A stretch of 64,000 nt of DNA. Source: a bacterium. GTDB lineage: Bacteria > Krumholzibacteriota > Krumholzibacteriia > LZORAL124-64-63. Every line of letters begins with the position of its first letter. The stretch's first letter is position 1. Shown here piece after piece: positions 20,242 through 28,585 of the stretch. Location: the NCBI GenBank assembly GCA_031441465.1, contig JANOEP010000011.1, positions 35,890 through 99,889 on the forward strand, in the 5' to 3' direction. The position numbers were made by a program, and so were the translations under genes. The notes under the pieces were generated by a model. The model was not told the origin of the DNA, searched no databases, and saw only the letters and a list, made by a program, of their open reading frames with translations.

Positions 20242-21308
20242 CGATCCGCGGCGTAGCAACCTGCCTGTGGGGCGCCGCCGCCGTCGCGGGGCTCCTGGCC
20301 CTCGGCGGTTGCGCCGCCGGCTTGCCGCCGGTGGACGCGGGTTACCCACGCTTCACTCCCGAGCAGTTGCGCGCCGACGGTTACCCCGACTCGCACCACG
20401 TGGTCGACCGCGCGGGCTGGATGCCCCGCCGCGATGCGACGGGACGGCCCTTCGGTCCTGGGACCGTCTGCAGCGGCCCCGTCTGGTTGGACCGGCCCGA
20501 CGCCGTCAAGAGCGGGGGCCGCCTGTCCCTGGGACCGTTCACCGTGGATTTCGACCCCGAGTACGACCCTTGCCAGATCGCCCCGTTGCTGGAGTATTGC
20601 GAAGCCGCCCTGGTCGACGTCGGCGGCCTGCTGGGCCTCGCGCCCGGCGACAGCCTGCCGATCCTCAACCCCGACAACCTCGACGACTACCTCCAGCTCA
20701 CGGGACAGGGACCCTGGCGCATGATGAGCTACCGGCACGGCGCCTGCACCGTCCAGCCGGTGCCGGTGCTGATCGCGCGCACGCTCCTGCCCCACGCCGC
20801 CTACGAACTGGTGGCGCGCTGGCTCCTGGACGCCAACGGCGGCGGCGCGCTGCCGACCTGGCTGCGCGAAGGCCTCGCGGTCTACGCCGCCGACCTCGGC
20901 GTCCACCTGAACAACTACATGGAGCAGTACCGACCGGACGGCCCGCCCCTGCTCTCGCCGGGCGACGCCGCGGCGTTGCTCGATGCCGCGCCCCTACCCG
21001 ATCCGGAGCTGGACCGCCAGATGCACCGTCGCGCCCACTACTCCGCGTTCGTCATGGTCTGGCGGCTGGTCGAGGACCACGGCGGACCGACCCGCCTGCG
21101 GACCTTCCTCGCGGCCGTCCGCGACGGCGTCGCGCCCGACGCCGCCTGCCGCGCCTCGTATGGCCTCGACCTGGCGGCGCTGGCCGCGCAGCTCGACGCC
21201 TCGCAGGGGCCGGAGCCTCTCGGCGACGCCGTGCAGTCGCGCAGCCCCCACTTGCCCGCTGCGGCCCGTGACGGTGCCGCGCCCGAGGAACGGACCAGCC
21301 ATGAGTGA
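20238..21308 (+). CDS. Hypothetical lipoprotein.
   Basis: GTG overlapping the TPR stop. Lipobox LALGGC. No family assigned. Confidence 0.5.
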   Translation: MTIRGVATCLWGAAAVAGLLALGGCAAGLPPVDAGYPRFTPEQLRADGYPDSHHVVDRAGWMPRRDATGRPFGPGTVCSGPVWLDRPDAVKSGGRLSLGPFTVDFDPEYDPCQIAPLLEYCEAALVDVGGLLGLAPGDSLPILNPDNLDDYLQLTGQGPWRMMSYRHGACTVQPVPVLIARTLLPHAAYELVARWLLDANGGGALPTWLREGLAVYAADLGVHLNNYMEQYRPDGPPLLSPGDAAALLDAAPLPDPELDRQMHRRAHYSAFVMVWRLVEDHGGPTRLRTFLAAVRDGVAPDAACRASYGLDLAALAAQLDASQGPEPLGDAVQSRSPHLPAAARDGAAPEERTSHE

Positions 21309-22782
21309 ACCGTCCGCCATCCGCCTGCGTTTCGCCCCCAGCCCCACGGGCTACCTCCACGTGGGCGGGGCGCGCACCGCCCTGTTCAACTGGCTCCACG
21401 CCCGCAAGACCGGCGGCGCCTTCATCCTGCGCATCGAGGACACCGACCAGGAACGCAGCACCGACGCCGCCTACCAGGCCATCCTGCGCAGCATGGAGTG
21501 GCTGGGCCTCGACTGGGACGAGGGCCCCGGCGTCGGCGGCCCCTGCGGTCCCTACCTGCAGTCCGAGCGGCTGGACGTCTACCAGCAGCAGGCCGCGGCG
21601 CTGCGCGGCAGCGGCCGCCTTTACCGGTGCTACTGCACCGGCGAGGAGATCGCGGCCCGCAACGTGGCGCGCGGCGAGAACGAGACCGCCGGTTACGACG
21701 GCCACTGCCGCGAACTCACCGCGCCGCAGGTCGCGGCCTTCACCGCCGCCGGCCGCGCGCCGAGCTGGCGCCTGCGCACCCCGGACGAGGGGGAGACCTT
21801 CTGGTACGACCTCGTCTACGAGAAGCGCGAGTTCCGCAACGACCTGATCACCGACCGCGTCGTGCTGAAGCAGGACGGCTTCCCCACCTACAACTTCGCG
21901 GTCGTGGTCGACGACCATCTCATGCGCATCAGCCACGTGCTGCGCGGCGACGACCACGTCAGCAACACGCCCTTCCAGTTGCAGATCTACGACGCGCTGG
22001 GCTGGGAGCGGCCCAAGTTCGGGCACATGCCGATGATCCTGGGCCCGGACCGCAAGCGCCTCAGCAAGCGTCACGGCGCCACCAGCGTCGAGGAGTTCCG
22101 CGACCAGGGCATCCTGCCCGACGCGATGATCAACTACCTGGCGTTGCTGGGCTGGTCGCCCGGCGCCTCGGGCGACGAGGTGTTCACGCGCGACGGGCTG
22201 GTCAAGGCGTTCAGCCTCAAGCGCGTCAACAGCTCGCCGGCGGCTTTCGACTACGACAAGCTGACCCACATCAACGCCCAGCACCTCAAGCGGCTCGGGC
22301 CGGACGACCGGCTCGCCCTCGCCGAGCCCATGCTCGACGCGCGCGGCTGGGCCCTGGACCCGGCCTGGCGCGCGCCCGCGGCCGACACGCGCGCCTACTT
22401 GACGCTGGTGCTCGCCATGCTCGGCGGCCGCTTCAGCGACCTGCGGCGCATTCCCGAGCAGGTCGGCTTCTTCTTCACCGACGACTTCCCGGTCGACCCC
22501 GAGGCGGCCGCGAACCTGACGGGGGAGGAGGTGCCCGGCCGGCTGCGGGCTCTGGCCGACCGGCTGGAGGCCGCGCTGCCGCCGCAGGACCCGGCGTCCC
22601 AGGACGTGTACGAGTCCGCGGTCCGCGGTCTCGCCGCCGACCTCTGCCTGGAAGCCGGCGACCTGATCCACCCCTGCCGGGTGGCCCTGACCGGCCTGAC
22701 GCGCAGCGCGGGGATGTTCGAAGTCATGTGGCTGATCGGCGGGCCGCGCACCGTCGCCCGGCTGCGCCGTGCGGCCGGCTAG
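21301..22782 (+). CDS. gltX: Glutamyl-tRNA synthetase.
   Basis: Class I HIGH motif (PSPTGYLHVGGART) and KMSKS (RLSKRHG). 493 aa. Confidence 0.9.
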   Translation: MSEPSAIRLRFAPSPTGYLHVGGARTALFNWLHARKTGGAFILRIEDTDQERSTDAAYQAILRSMEWLGLDWDEGPGVGGPCGPYLQSERLDVYQQQAAALRGSGRLYRCYCTGEEIAARNVARGENETAGYDGHCRELTAPQVAAFTAAGRAPSWRLRTPDEGETFWYDLVYEKREFRNDLITDRVVLKQDGFPTYNFAVVVDDHLMRISHVLRGDDHVSNTPFQLQIYDALGWERPKFGHMPMILGPDRKRLSKRHGATSVEEFRDQGILPDAMINYLALLGWSPGASGDEVFTRDGLVKAFSLKRVNSSPAAFDYDKLTHINAQHLKRLGPDDRLALAEPMLDARGWALDPAWRAPAADTRAYLTLVLAMLGGRFSDLRRIPEQVGFFFTDDFPVDPEAAANLTGEEVPGRLRALADRLEAALPPQDPASQDVYESAVRGLAADLCLEAGDLIHPCRVALTGLTRSAGMFEVMWLIGGPRTVARLRRAAG

Positions 22783-24856
22783 CGCTCCCGACCAGCGTGG
22801 AGGGAGGCGTCCGCTGTACCTGCGAATCCTGGCCCGCTACCTGATCGTGTGGGGCGTCTCGGCGGCTTCGCTGGCGCTCGTCGCGCTGCTGTTGCCGGGG
22901 ATCTGGATCGACACGGGTGTGCGCTGGTGGTGGTTGACCGCGGCGATGCTGCCGGTGGAGTTCGGTCTGCTGCTGCTGCTGCTGCGCCCCCTGCTCGTGC
23001 TGGCGACCCTGCCCTTGAACGCGGCCACCCTCGGCCTGCCGACCCTGCTGTTCAACGGTTTGATCCTCTACCTGACGGCCTTGACCTCGCGCGTCGTGAA
23101 CATCGGCAACCTCGGCGACGCCTTCCTGGGTCTGGTGGTGATGACCGTGGTGAACGGTGCGGTCACCGGCTGGCTGGGGATCGACGACGTCTACCCGTTC
23201 TTCCAGACGATCCTGCGCCGGGTCGGCCGCCGCTACGGGCCGCGGGCCCGGCCCGGTCAGGTGCGCGGGTTGCTGATCCTGCAGGTGGACGGGCTGTCGT
23301 GGCGCAGTTGCCGGCGCGCCCTGCGACGCGGCCGCATGCCGACGGTCGCCGCGCTGCGCGCGCTCGGGACGCACCGTCTGCACCGCTGGCACTGCGGCGT
23401 GCCCTCCAACACGCCGGCCGTGCAGAGCGGCATGTTCTACGGCACGCGGACCCGGCTGCCCGGCTACCGCTGGTACGACCGCCGCCACCGCCGCGTGATG
23501 GTCGCCAGCCGCGCCGAGGACCTGCGCGCGGCCGAGGCCGAGTTCGACTGTGGCGCCGGCCTGCTCGCGGGCGGCTCCTGCATCAACAGCATGATGTCGG
23601 GCGGCGCCGCCAAGCGTCTGATGACCCTCAGCGCGTTGCGTGAGTCGAACGATCACCGCCGGCCCGGCGAGCGCGCCGACTTCTCGCTCTTCTGGCTCAG
23701 CCCCTACGCCTACACCAGCGCCGTGACGGCCACGCTCTGGGACTTCCTGACGGCTTGTTTCTGGAACGTCCAATCCGGCTACCACCCGCGCAAGCGCGCC
23801 GTCCGCCGCAGCCTCCGCCAGGCCGCGATGCGGGCCGTCGGCAACGCGTTCCTGCGCGAGACGTCCTTCTTCTGGCTGGCGCAGGACGTGGTGCGGGGCG
23901 TGCCGGTGATCTACTCGAACTTCGTCGGCTACGACGAAGTCGCCCACCACGCCGGACCCGACGACGGCGAAGCCCTGGCGACGTTGACCGGCTTCGACCG
24001 CAAGCTGCAGAAGCTGCGCCGTCTGCTGCGCGACGCCGCCCCCATCGGCTACGACGTGGTCGTGCTGGCCGATCACGGGCAGAGCGCGTCGCTGCCCCTG
24101 CGCGCGTTCTGCGGCGAGACCCTCGAGGCGCTGGTCGCGCGCCTCGCCGGCCGCGTCCGGCCCGTGCTGCCGCCCCGGGACAGCGAGGCCGCCTACCTGG
24201 GCGCCCTGCTGGCGGAACTGCGTGACCAGGGACAGGACCGCCGGTCATGGCTGGCGTTCCAGAGCCGGATCACGCTCGAGCGCCTGCGGGACGACGAGCC
24301 CGATCACGACGCCGGCGCCGGTGAGGAGACGTCCCTGGTCGTGTGCGTTTCGGGCGGGCTCGCCCACATCTATCGCGAGGGCGCGCACCGCCCGCTGCGG
24401 CTGGCCGAGGTGTCCTCGCTCTACCCCGGACTGGTGGAAGGTCTCGCGAGCCACGCGGGCATCGGCTTCGTGCTGGCCCGCGATGACGACGGCGCGGCCT
24501 TGATGATCGGCCGCGACGGCGTGCGCAATCTCGACACCGGGGAGTTGCGGGGCGAGTCCGACCCCCTGGCCCCCTACTGGGACGAGCGGCTCTGGGCCGG
24601 CGAACTCTCGGCCCTGTTGTCCCACGCCCACGCCGGGGACCTGATCGTCAACGGGGCCCTGCTGCCGGACCGCCGGGTCGTGGTCTTCGAGGAACAGCTG
24701 GGCAGCCATGGCGGCCTCGGCGGTCCCCAGACCGAGCCGTTCATCCTGCTGCCGACCTCCTGGCACACCCGCCGCGACGACCTGCGCTCCCCCGAAGCCC
24801 TGCATGCCCACCTGAAGGCGCAGCTGGAGGGCGGGCCCGCCCCCGCGGCGCCCTGA
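22769..24856 (+). CDS. Membrane-anchored alkaline-phosphatase-superfamily protein: N-terminal holin-like 4-TM domain fused to an AlkP-core domain.
   Basis: The hydrophobic N-terminal ~130 aa resemble the phage-holin-4 family. ILQVDGLSW..., ...SNTPAVQSGMFYG..., VVLADHGQS metal-ligand motifs. Exact start is uncertain. Confidence 0.65.
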   Translation: MRPASAPDQRGGRRPLYLRILARYLIVWGVSAASLALVALLLPGIWIDTGVRWWWLTAAMLPVEFGLLLLLLRPLLVLATLPLNAATLGLPTLLFNGLILYLTALTSRVVNIGNLGDAFLGLVVMTVVNGAVTGWLGIDDVYPFFQTILRRVGRRYGPRARPGQVRGLLILQVDGLSWRSCRRALRRGRMPTVAALRALGTHRLHRWHCGVPSNTPAVQSGMFYGTRTRLPGYRWYDRRHRRVMVASRAEDLRAAEAEFDCGAGLLAGGSCINSMMSGGAAKRLMTLSALRESNDHRRPGERADFSLFWLSPYAYTSAVTATLWDFLTACFWNVQSGYHPRKRAVRRSLRQAAMRAVGNAFLRETSFFWLAQDVVRGVPVIYSNFVGYDEVAHHAGPDDGEALATLTGFDRKLQKLRRLLRDAAPIGYDVVVLADHGQSASLPLRAFCGETLEALVARLAGRVRPVLPPRDSEAAYLGALLAELRDQGQDRRSWLAFQSRITLERLRDDEPDHDAGAGEETSLVVCVSGGLAHIYREGAHRPLRLAEVSSLYPGLVEGLASHAGIGFVLARDDDGAALMIGRDGVRNLDTGELRGESDPLAPYWDERLWAGELSALLSHAHAGDLIVNGALLPDRRVVVFEEQLGSHGGLGGPQTEPFILLPTSWHTRRDDLRSPEALHAHLKAQLEGGPAPAAP

Positions 24857-24927
24857 AAGCGGCAGCGGCATGGTTCCGCCGCCGCAGGGGGGGAAGAAAT
24901 GATCCGGGGGAGGGGTTTGCTCGAATC

Positions 24928-24956
24928 TTGCGTTCCGGGTGGCCGTATTCTATATT
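24928..24956 (+). promoter_or_regulatory. Putative sigma-70 promoter for the tRNA-Gln/tRNA-Glu pair (TTGCGT-N17-TATATT).
   Basis: The AT-rich -10 hexamer sits 12 nt upstream of the tRNA-Gln 5' end. Confidence 0.35.
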
Positions 24957-24968
24957 CCTGCCCGTTGC

Positions 24969-25042
24969 TGCCCGGTCGTTCAATGGTAGGACTGCTGACT
25001 CTGGCTCAGTATATGGGGGTTCGAATCCTCCCCGGGCAACCA
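24969..25042 (+). tRNA. tRNA-Gln (anticodon CUG), CCA encoded.
   Basis: Hand-folded. U1:A72, which is typical of bacterial tRNA-Gln. Acceptor UGCCCGG/CCGGGCA. Anticodon loop CUCUGGC. T-arm GGGGG-UUCGAAU-CCUCC. Confidence 0.8.
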
Positions 25043-25082
25043 TGGAATACGACGACGGCCCCAGGGCTGTCGGCAGGATCGT

Positions 25083-25158
25083 GCCCCCTTCGTCTAGTGG
25101 CCTAGGACGCCGCCCTCTCACGGCGGTAACACGGGTTCGAGTCCCGTAGGGGGTACCA
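25083..25158 (+). tRNA. tRNA-Glu (anticodon CUC), CCA encoded.
   Basis: Closely matches the E. coli tRNA-Glu backbone (GUCU-AGUGGCCUA-GGAC D-arm; CCGCC-CUCUCAC-GGCGG anticodon arm). G1:U72. Confidence 0.8.
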
Positions 25159-25168
25159 TAGCGACGGC

Positions 25169-25198
25169 GAGCCGCCCCAGGGGCGGCTCGTTTTCTTT
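25169..25198 (+). terminator. Rho-independent terminator after the tRNA pair.
   Basis: GAGCCGCC-CCAGG-GGCGGCTC stem-loop followed by GTTTTCTTT. Confidence 0.7.
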
Positions 25199-25342
25199 GC
25201 TACCGCCTCGCGCCGGGCCTCCCTTGCGGGTCGCCGGGAATGCCGCTAGCTTCTGTCCGCGTTTTGGCACGGGCAGTTCATCGTACGACCGCGATCCCGC
25301 CACCCCTGACCGCCGGATCGCCCAGACCACACAGGAGGCTCC

Positions 25343-25936
25343 ATGTCCCAGTTCATCGGCCAGCAGGCTCCCGACTTCGCCGCCACCGCCGTCATGCCCG
25401 ACAACAGCGTCAAGGACGGCTTCAAGCTCAGCGACTACCGCGGCAAGTACGTGGTGCTGTTCTTCTACCCGCTGGACTTCACCTTCGTGTGCCCGACCGA
25501 GATCATCGAGTTCAACCGCAAGCTCAAGGAGTTCGCGGCGCGCGACGCGCAGGTCATCGGCGTGTCCATCGACAGCCAGTTCAGCCACGTCGCGTGGAAG
25601 GAGAAGCCGGTCGAGCAGGGGGGCATCGGCATGATCCAGTACCCGCTGGTCGCCGACCTCACCAAGCAGATCAGCCGCGACTACGGCGTCCTGCTTGAAG
25701 ACAAGATCGCGCTGCGCGGCACCTTCCTGATCGACAAGAACGGCGTGATCCAGCACCTGGTGGTCAACAACCTCGGTCTCGGCCGCAACATCGACGAGGT
25801 CCTGCGCATGGTCGACGCGCTGCAGCACCTCGAGAAGCACGGCGAGGTCTGCCCCGCGGGCTGGCACAAGGGCGAGGACGCCATGAGCCCCACCGCGAAG
25901 GGCGTCGCCACCTACCTGGCGAAGCACGGCAAGTAG
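25343..25936 (+). CDS. ahpC: 2-Cys peroxiredoxin (AhpC/Prx1 subfamily).
   Basis: FTFVCPTEI peroxidatic Cys motif and C-terminal resolving Cys (EVCPAGW). Confidence 0.9.
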   Translation: MSQFIGQQAPDFAATAVMPDNSVKDGFKLSDYRGKYVVLFFYPLDFTFVCPTEIIEFNRKLKEFAARDAQVIGVSIDSQFSHVAWKEKPVEQGGIGMIQYPLVADLTKQISRDYGVLLEDKIALRGTFLIDKNGVIQHLVVNNLGLGRNIDEVLRMVDALQHLEKHGEVCPAGWHKGEDAMSPTAKGVATYLAKHGK

Positions 25937-25939
25937 CCC

Positions 25940-26881
25940 TTGCCGCCGGCGCGCGACACGCCCGACGGGGTCGGAGGCCGCGCTTCCGACCCCGTTGCGC
26001 GTCCGCGGCGGGCCCTGCTGATCTTCGTCGACGGCCTGGGCTGGGGCGGCGGCGATCCCGCCGTCGACCCCTGCCGCGGCTACGGCGGCACCCTCTTCGA
26101 CTTCGCCCACACCGACGCCGGATGCCGGCCAATCGACGCCTGTCTGGGCGTCGACGGCCTGCCCCAGAGCGCCACCGGCCAGACCACGCTGCTGTGCGGC
26201 GTCAACGCCCAGGCGGCCGTGGGCCGGCACGTGCCGGGCTTCCCCACGGCGCCGCTGCGCGACATCCTGCGCGAGAAGTCGATCTTCGTGCAGTTGCGTG
26301 ATTCCGGCCGCGACGGCAGCTTCTTGAATGCCTTCCGTCCGCTCTTCTTCCGCCTGCCGCGCGCGATGCAGGGAAGGCTCTCGGCCACGACGGTCGCCCA
26401 CCTCGCTGCGGACCGGCCCTTCTTCGGTCTGGATGACCTGCGCGCTGGCCGCGCCGTCTACCAGGAGTTCACCAACCGTGAACTGATCGGCAAGGGCTTC
26501 GACGTGCCGGAGTTCACGCCGGAGCAGGCCGGCCGCATCCTGGGCCGCGAAACGCTGCGGCGCGACTTCACCCTCTACGAGTACTTCCAGACCGACCGCG
26601 CCGGCCACGCCCGTGATCGCCCGCGCGCCCACGCCGTCCTGCAAGACCTGGAGACCTTCGTGCGCGCCGCCCTCTCCGAAATCACGGCGCAAGGCTCCAA
26701 CTCCCAAACCCTCGTCCTGCTCACCAGCGACCACGGCAACCTCGAAGACCTCTCCACCCGTTCCCACACCCGCAACCCGGTCCCCCTGCTCGCCTGGGGC
26801 CCCGGCGCCGCCGCCCTGCTCGCCCGCTGCACCCGCCTCGACGAAGTCACCCCCGCCCTGCTCTGCCTTCTGCTGAATTGA
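25940..26881 (+). CDS. Alkaline-phosphatase-like metalloenzyme (cofactor-independent phosphoglycerate mutase / phosphopentomutase-like core).
   Basis: LIFVDGLGWGG N-terminal metal motif and LLTSDHGN C-terminal motif. Confidence 0.6.
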   Translation: MPPARDTPDGVGGRASDPVARPRRALLIFVDGLGWGGGDPAVDPCRGYGGTLFDFAHTDAGCRPIDACLGVDGLPQSATGQTTLLCGVNAQAAVGRHVPGFPTAPLRDILREKSIFVQLRDSGRDGSFLNAFRPLFFRLPRAMQGRLSATTVAHLAADRPFFGLDDLRAGRAVYQEFTNRELIGKGFDVPEFTPEQAGRILGRETLRRDFTLYEYFQTDRAGHARDRPRAHAVLQDLETFVRAALSEITAQGSNSQTLVLLTSDHGNLEDLSTRSHTRNPVPLLAWGPGAAALLARCTRLDEVTPALLCLLLN

Positions 26882-26886
26882 GAGGG

Positions 26887-27038
26887 GTTTCTATCCCGAG
26901 GGACGCTCCCCTTGGTTCCCACCTCGGAGAGACATACAGAGGCCCCGCGCTGCGATTTCCTTCCAGGCATGAGCAGCGCGGGGCCTCTGTATGTCTCTCC
27001 GAGGTGCCGAACTAGGGGAGCCGTCCCTCGAGATAGAA
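26887..27038. repeat. Very large palindrome: a perfect 31-bp stem with a 21-nt loop and imperfect outer extensions. Sits between convergent genes and is a probable bidirectional terminator or structured element.
   Basis: CCTCGGAGAGACATACAGAGGCCCCGCGCTG (26921-26951) and its exact reverse complement (27001-27033... core 26973-27003). Outer partial matches run 26887-26911 and 27013-27038. Confidence 0.7.
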
Positions 27039-27905
27039 CACCTCGAAAACCTTTTCATGGAAGATGGGGCCATGCCCGAAGTACCCGTCCTCGCCGAACA
27101 GCTCCCCGTGGTCGGACATCACCATGAAGTAGGTGTTGCGCGGGCAACGCTGCATGAACTCGCCCACGACCCGGTCGAGGTGCTCCACGCAGACGACCTG
27201 CTTGTCGTAGAAGGCGCGGAACTGCGCCGGCGTGAAGAACTCGTCCTCTTTCTTGTCCTGCATGAATTCCGAGGGGTTCTTCAGGAAGTCGTCGAGGTGC
27301 TTGAAGACGCCGTGGACGCCGGAGATGTGCGGCAGGTCGCCGGGCTTCTCGCCGGGCAGCAGGTAGGGGTAGTGCGTCTCGCCGGTGTTGAGGAAGAAGA
27401 ACGAGGGCCGGTCGTCGCGGAACTGCAGCTGCTGGAAGATCAGGCTCAGGTCGTTGTGGCTGGGGGCCAGCTCGTACTTGTCGAAGTGCTGGCTCATGCT
27501 GGTCATCGGGTTGAGGACCGGCAGGCTGACCCAGCCCTCGTTCCAGTAGCCGGCCGCCTTCAGGAAGTGCGGCAGTGAGAGCTGGGGCACGAACTTCCCG
27601 AATTCCACGTCGGGCATGTTCAGTCGGTGGCTCCACAGGGCGAACTCCTCGCGGTAGACGTTGCTGGCGAAGACCCCCTTGGGGCTCAGGTGGGGCACCA
27701 TGCCCATCAGGAAGGTGTAGTGGCTGGGGCTGGTCCAGCTGGCGTAGCTGTAGCGCGGCTCGGCCGACGCGATGCGGTCGAGGTTGGGCGTGCGGGCCGC
27801 CTGGTAGGCGTCCCAGCGGCAGCTGTCGAAGACGATGAACACCAGGTTGTTGAGCTTGCCGCCGCCGGCGATGAGGCTCTTGACCCTGTCGATGAGGCCG
27901 GCCAT
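27012..27905 (-). CDS. AlkP-superfamily hydrolase (sulfatase/phosphodiesterase-like), cytoplasmic.
   Basis: NLVFIVFDSCRWD N-terminal metal motif and FMVMSDHGE. The F/Y/K-rich composition and lower local GC are atypical for this genome. Confidence 0.6.
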   Translation of the reverse strand: MAGLIDRVKSLIAGGGKLNNLVFIVFDSCRWDAYQAARTPNLDRIASAEPRYSYASWTSPSHYTFLMGMVPHLSPKGVFASNVYREEFALWSHRLNMPDVEFGKFVPQLSLPHFLKAAGYWNEGWVSLPVLNPMTSMSQHFDKYELAPSHNDLSLIFQQLQFRDDRPSFFFLNTGETHYPYLLPGEKPGDLPHISGVHGVFKHLDDFLKNPSEFMQDKKEDEFFTPAQFRAFYDKQVVCVEHLDRVVGEFMQRCPRNTYFMVMSDHGELFGEDGYFGHGPIFHEKVFEVFYLEGRLP

Positions 27906-28025
27906 GCGCGCTTCCTCCCGGTCGCAGAGGGGGGGATCCCGTCGCGCACATGATCAGCGTTCCCGACAGCGCGGTCAAGGCCGTCGCCCCGACCGCGATC
28001 TGCGCTCTCCTGCCGGAACCTCAGC

Positions 28026-28349
28026 TCACAGAGCCGCGTCGAGAGCCTGGGCCAGTTCGGCTTTGGGCCGCATCCCCACCAGGGAGGCCACGGGTTTGCC
28101 GCCCTTGAAGACCATCACCGTCGGGATGCCGCGGATGCCGTACTTCGTCGCCAGGTCCTGGTTGTCGTCCACGTTGATCTTCACGACCTTCGCCTTGCCG
28201 TCGTAGTCGCGGGCCAGTTCCTCGATGGTCGGGGTCAGCAGTTTGCAGGGGCCGCACCACGGGGCCCAGAAGTCCACCATCACGGGCAGGGCGCTGTCGA
28301 GCACTTCGCCTTGGAACGTCCCGCTCTCGACCTTGATCGCTTCGCTCAC
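28026..28349 (-). CDS. trxA: Thioredoxin.
   Basis: WCGPC active site. 107 aa. Confidence 0.95.
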   Translation of the reverse strand: MSEAIKVESGTFQGEVLDSALPVMVDFWAPWCGPCKLLTPTIEELARDYDGKAKVVKINVDDNQDLATKYGIRGIPTVMVFKGGKPVASLVGMRPKAELAQALDAAL

Positions 28350-28403
28350 GTCGTCACCTCGTTGCCGGTGGTTGATTCCGTTCAGAGAACATCAGCAATG
28401 AAA

Positions 28404-28418
28404 GGCACGATACGTGCC
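28404..28418. promoter_or_regulatory. Perfect palindrome GGCACGATACGTGCC in the trxA / activator intergenic region. Its GGCAC-N7-TGC spacing resembles a sigma-54 -24/-12 element in either orientation.
   Basis: 6-bp arms with a 3-bp spacer. GG and GC are offset by 12 nt, as in TGGCAC-N5-TTGC. Confidence 0.3.
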
Positions 28419-28505
28419 AATGCCGACAGCTTGTTGAATGTTTACAAGCCATAATCAACAAACAGGTTAGCCTGGATAGCGGCACAATGTGTAGGCGTTG
28501 CTACG

Positions 28506-28547
28506 TTGCATGCAACGGTATTGATGCAACAATACCGTTGCGTGCAA
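28506..28547. promoter_or_regulatory. 42-bp palindromic operator-like site (TTGCATGCAACGGTATTG-ATGCAA-CAATACCGTTGCGTGCAA) upstream of the sigma-54 activator gene.
   Basis: Perfect 12-bp arms GCAACGGTATTG/CAATACCGTTGC around a 6-bp centre. Arms extend to 18 bp with one mismatch. TGCAAC is repeated three times. Confidence 0.5.
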
Positions 28548-28585
28548 CGCTGCTGGGGGGCATCTTGGAAGGCAGGGGAGGAACC

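Noticed and set aside
24969-25158. tRNA pair as a possible integration site (attB) for a mobile element
   Set aside because: No integrase, direct repeat of the tRNA 3' end, or compositional island is adjacent. Downstream genes are ordinary redox genes.
25159-25342. Possible sigma-54 promoter (TGGCACGGGCAGTTCAT) upstream of ahpC
   Set aside because: The -12 element lacks the conserved GC (GTTCA instead of TTGCA). Not supported.
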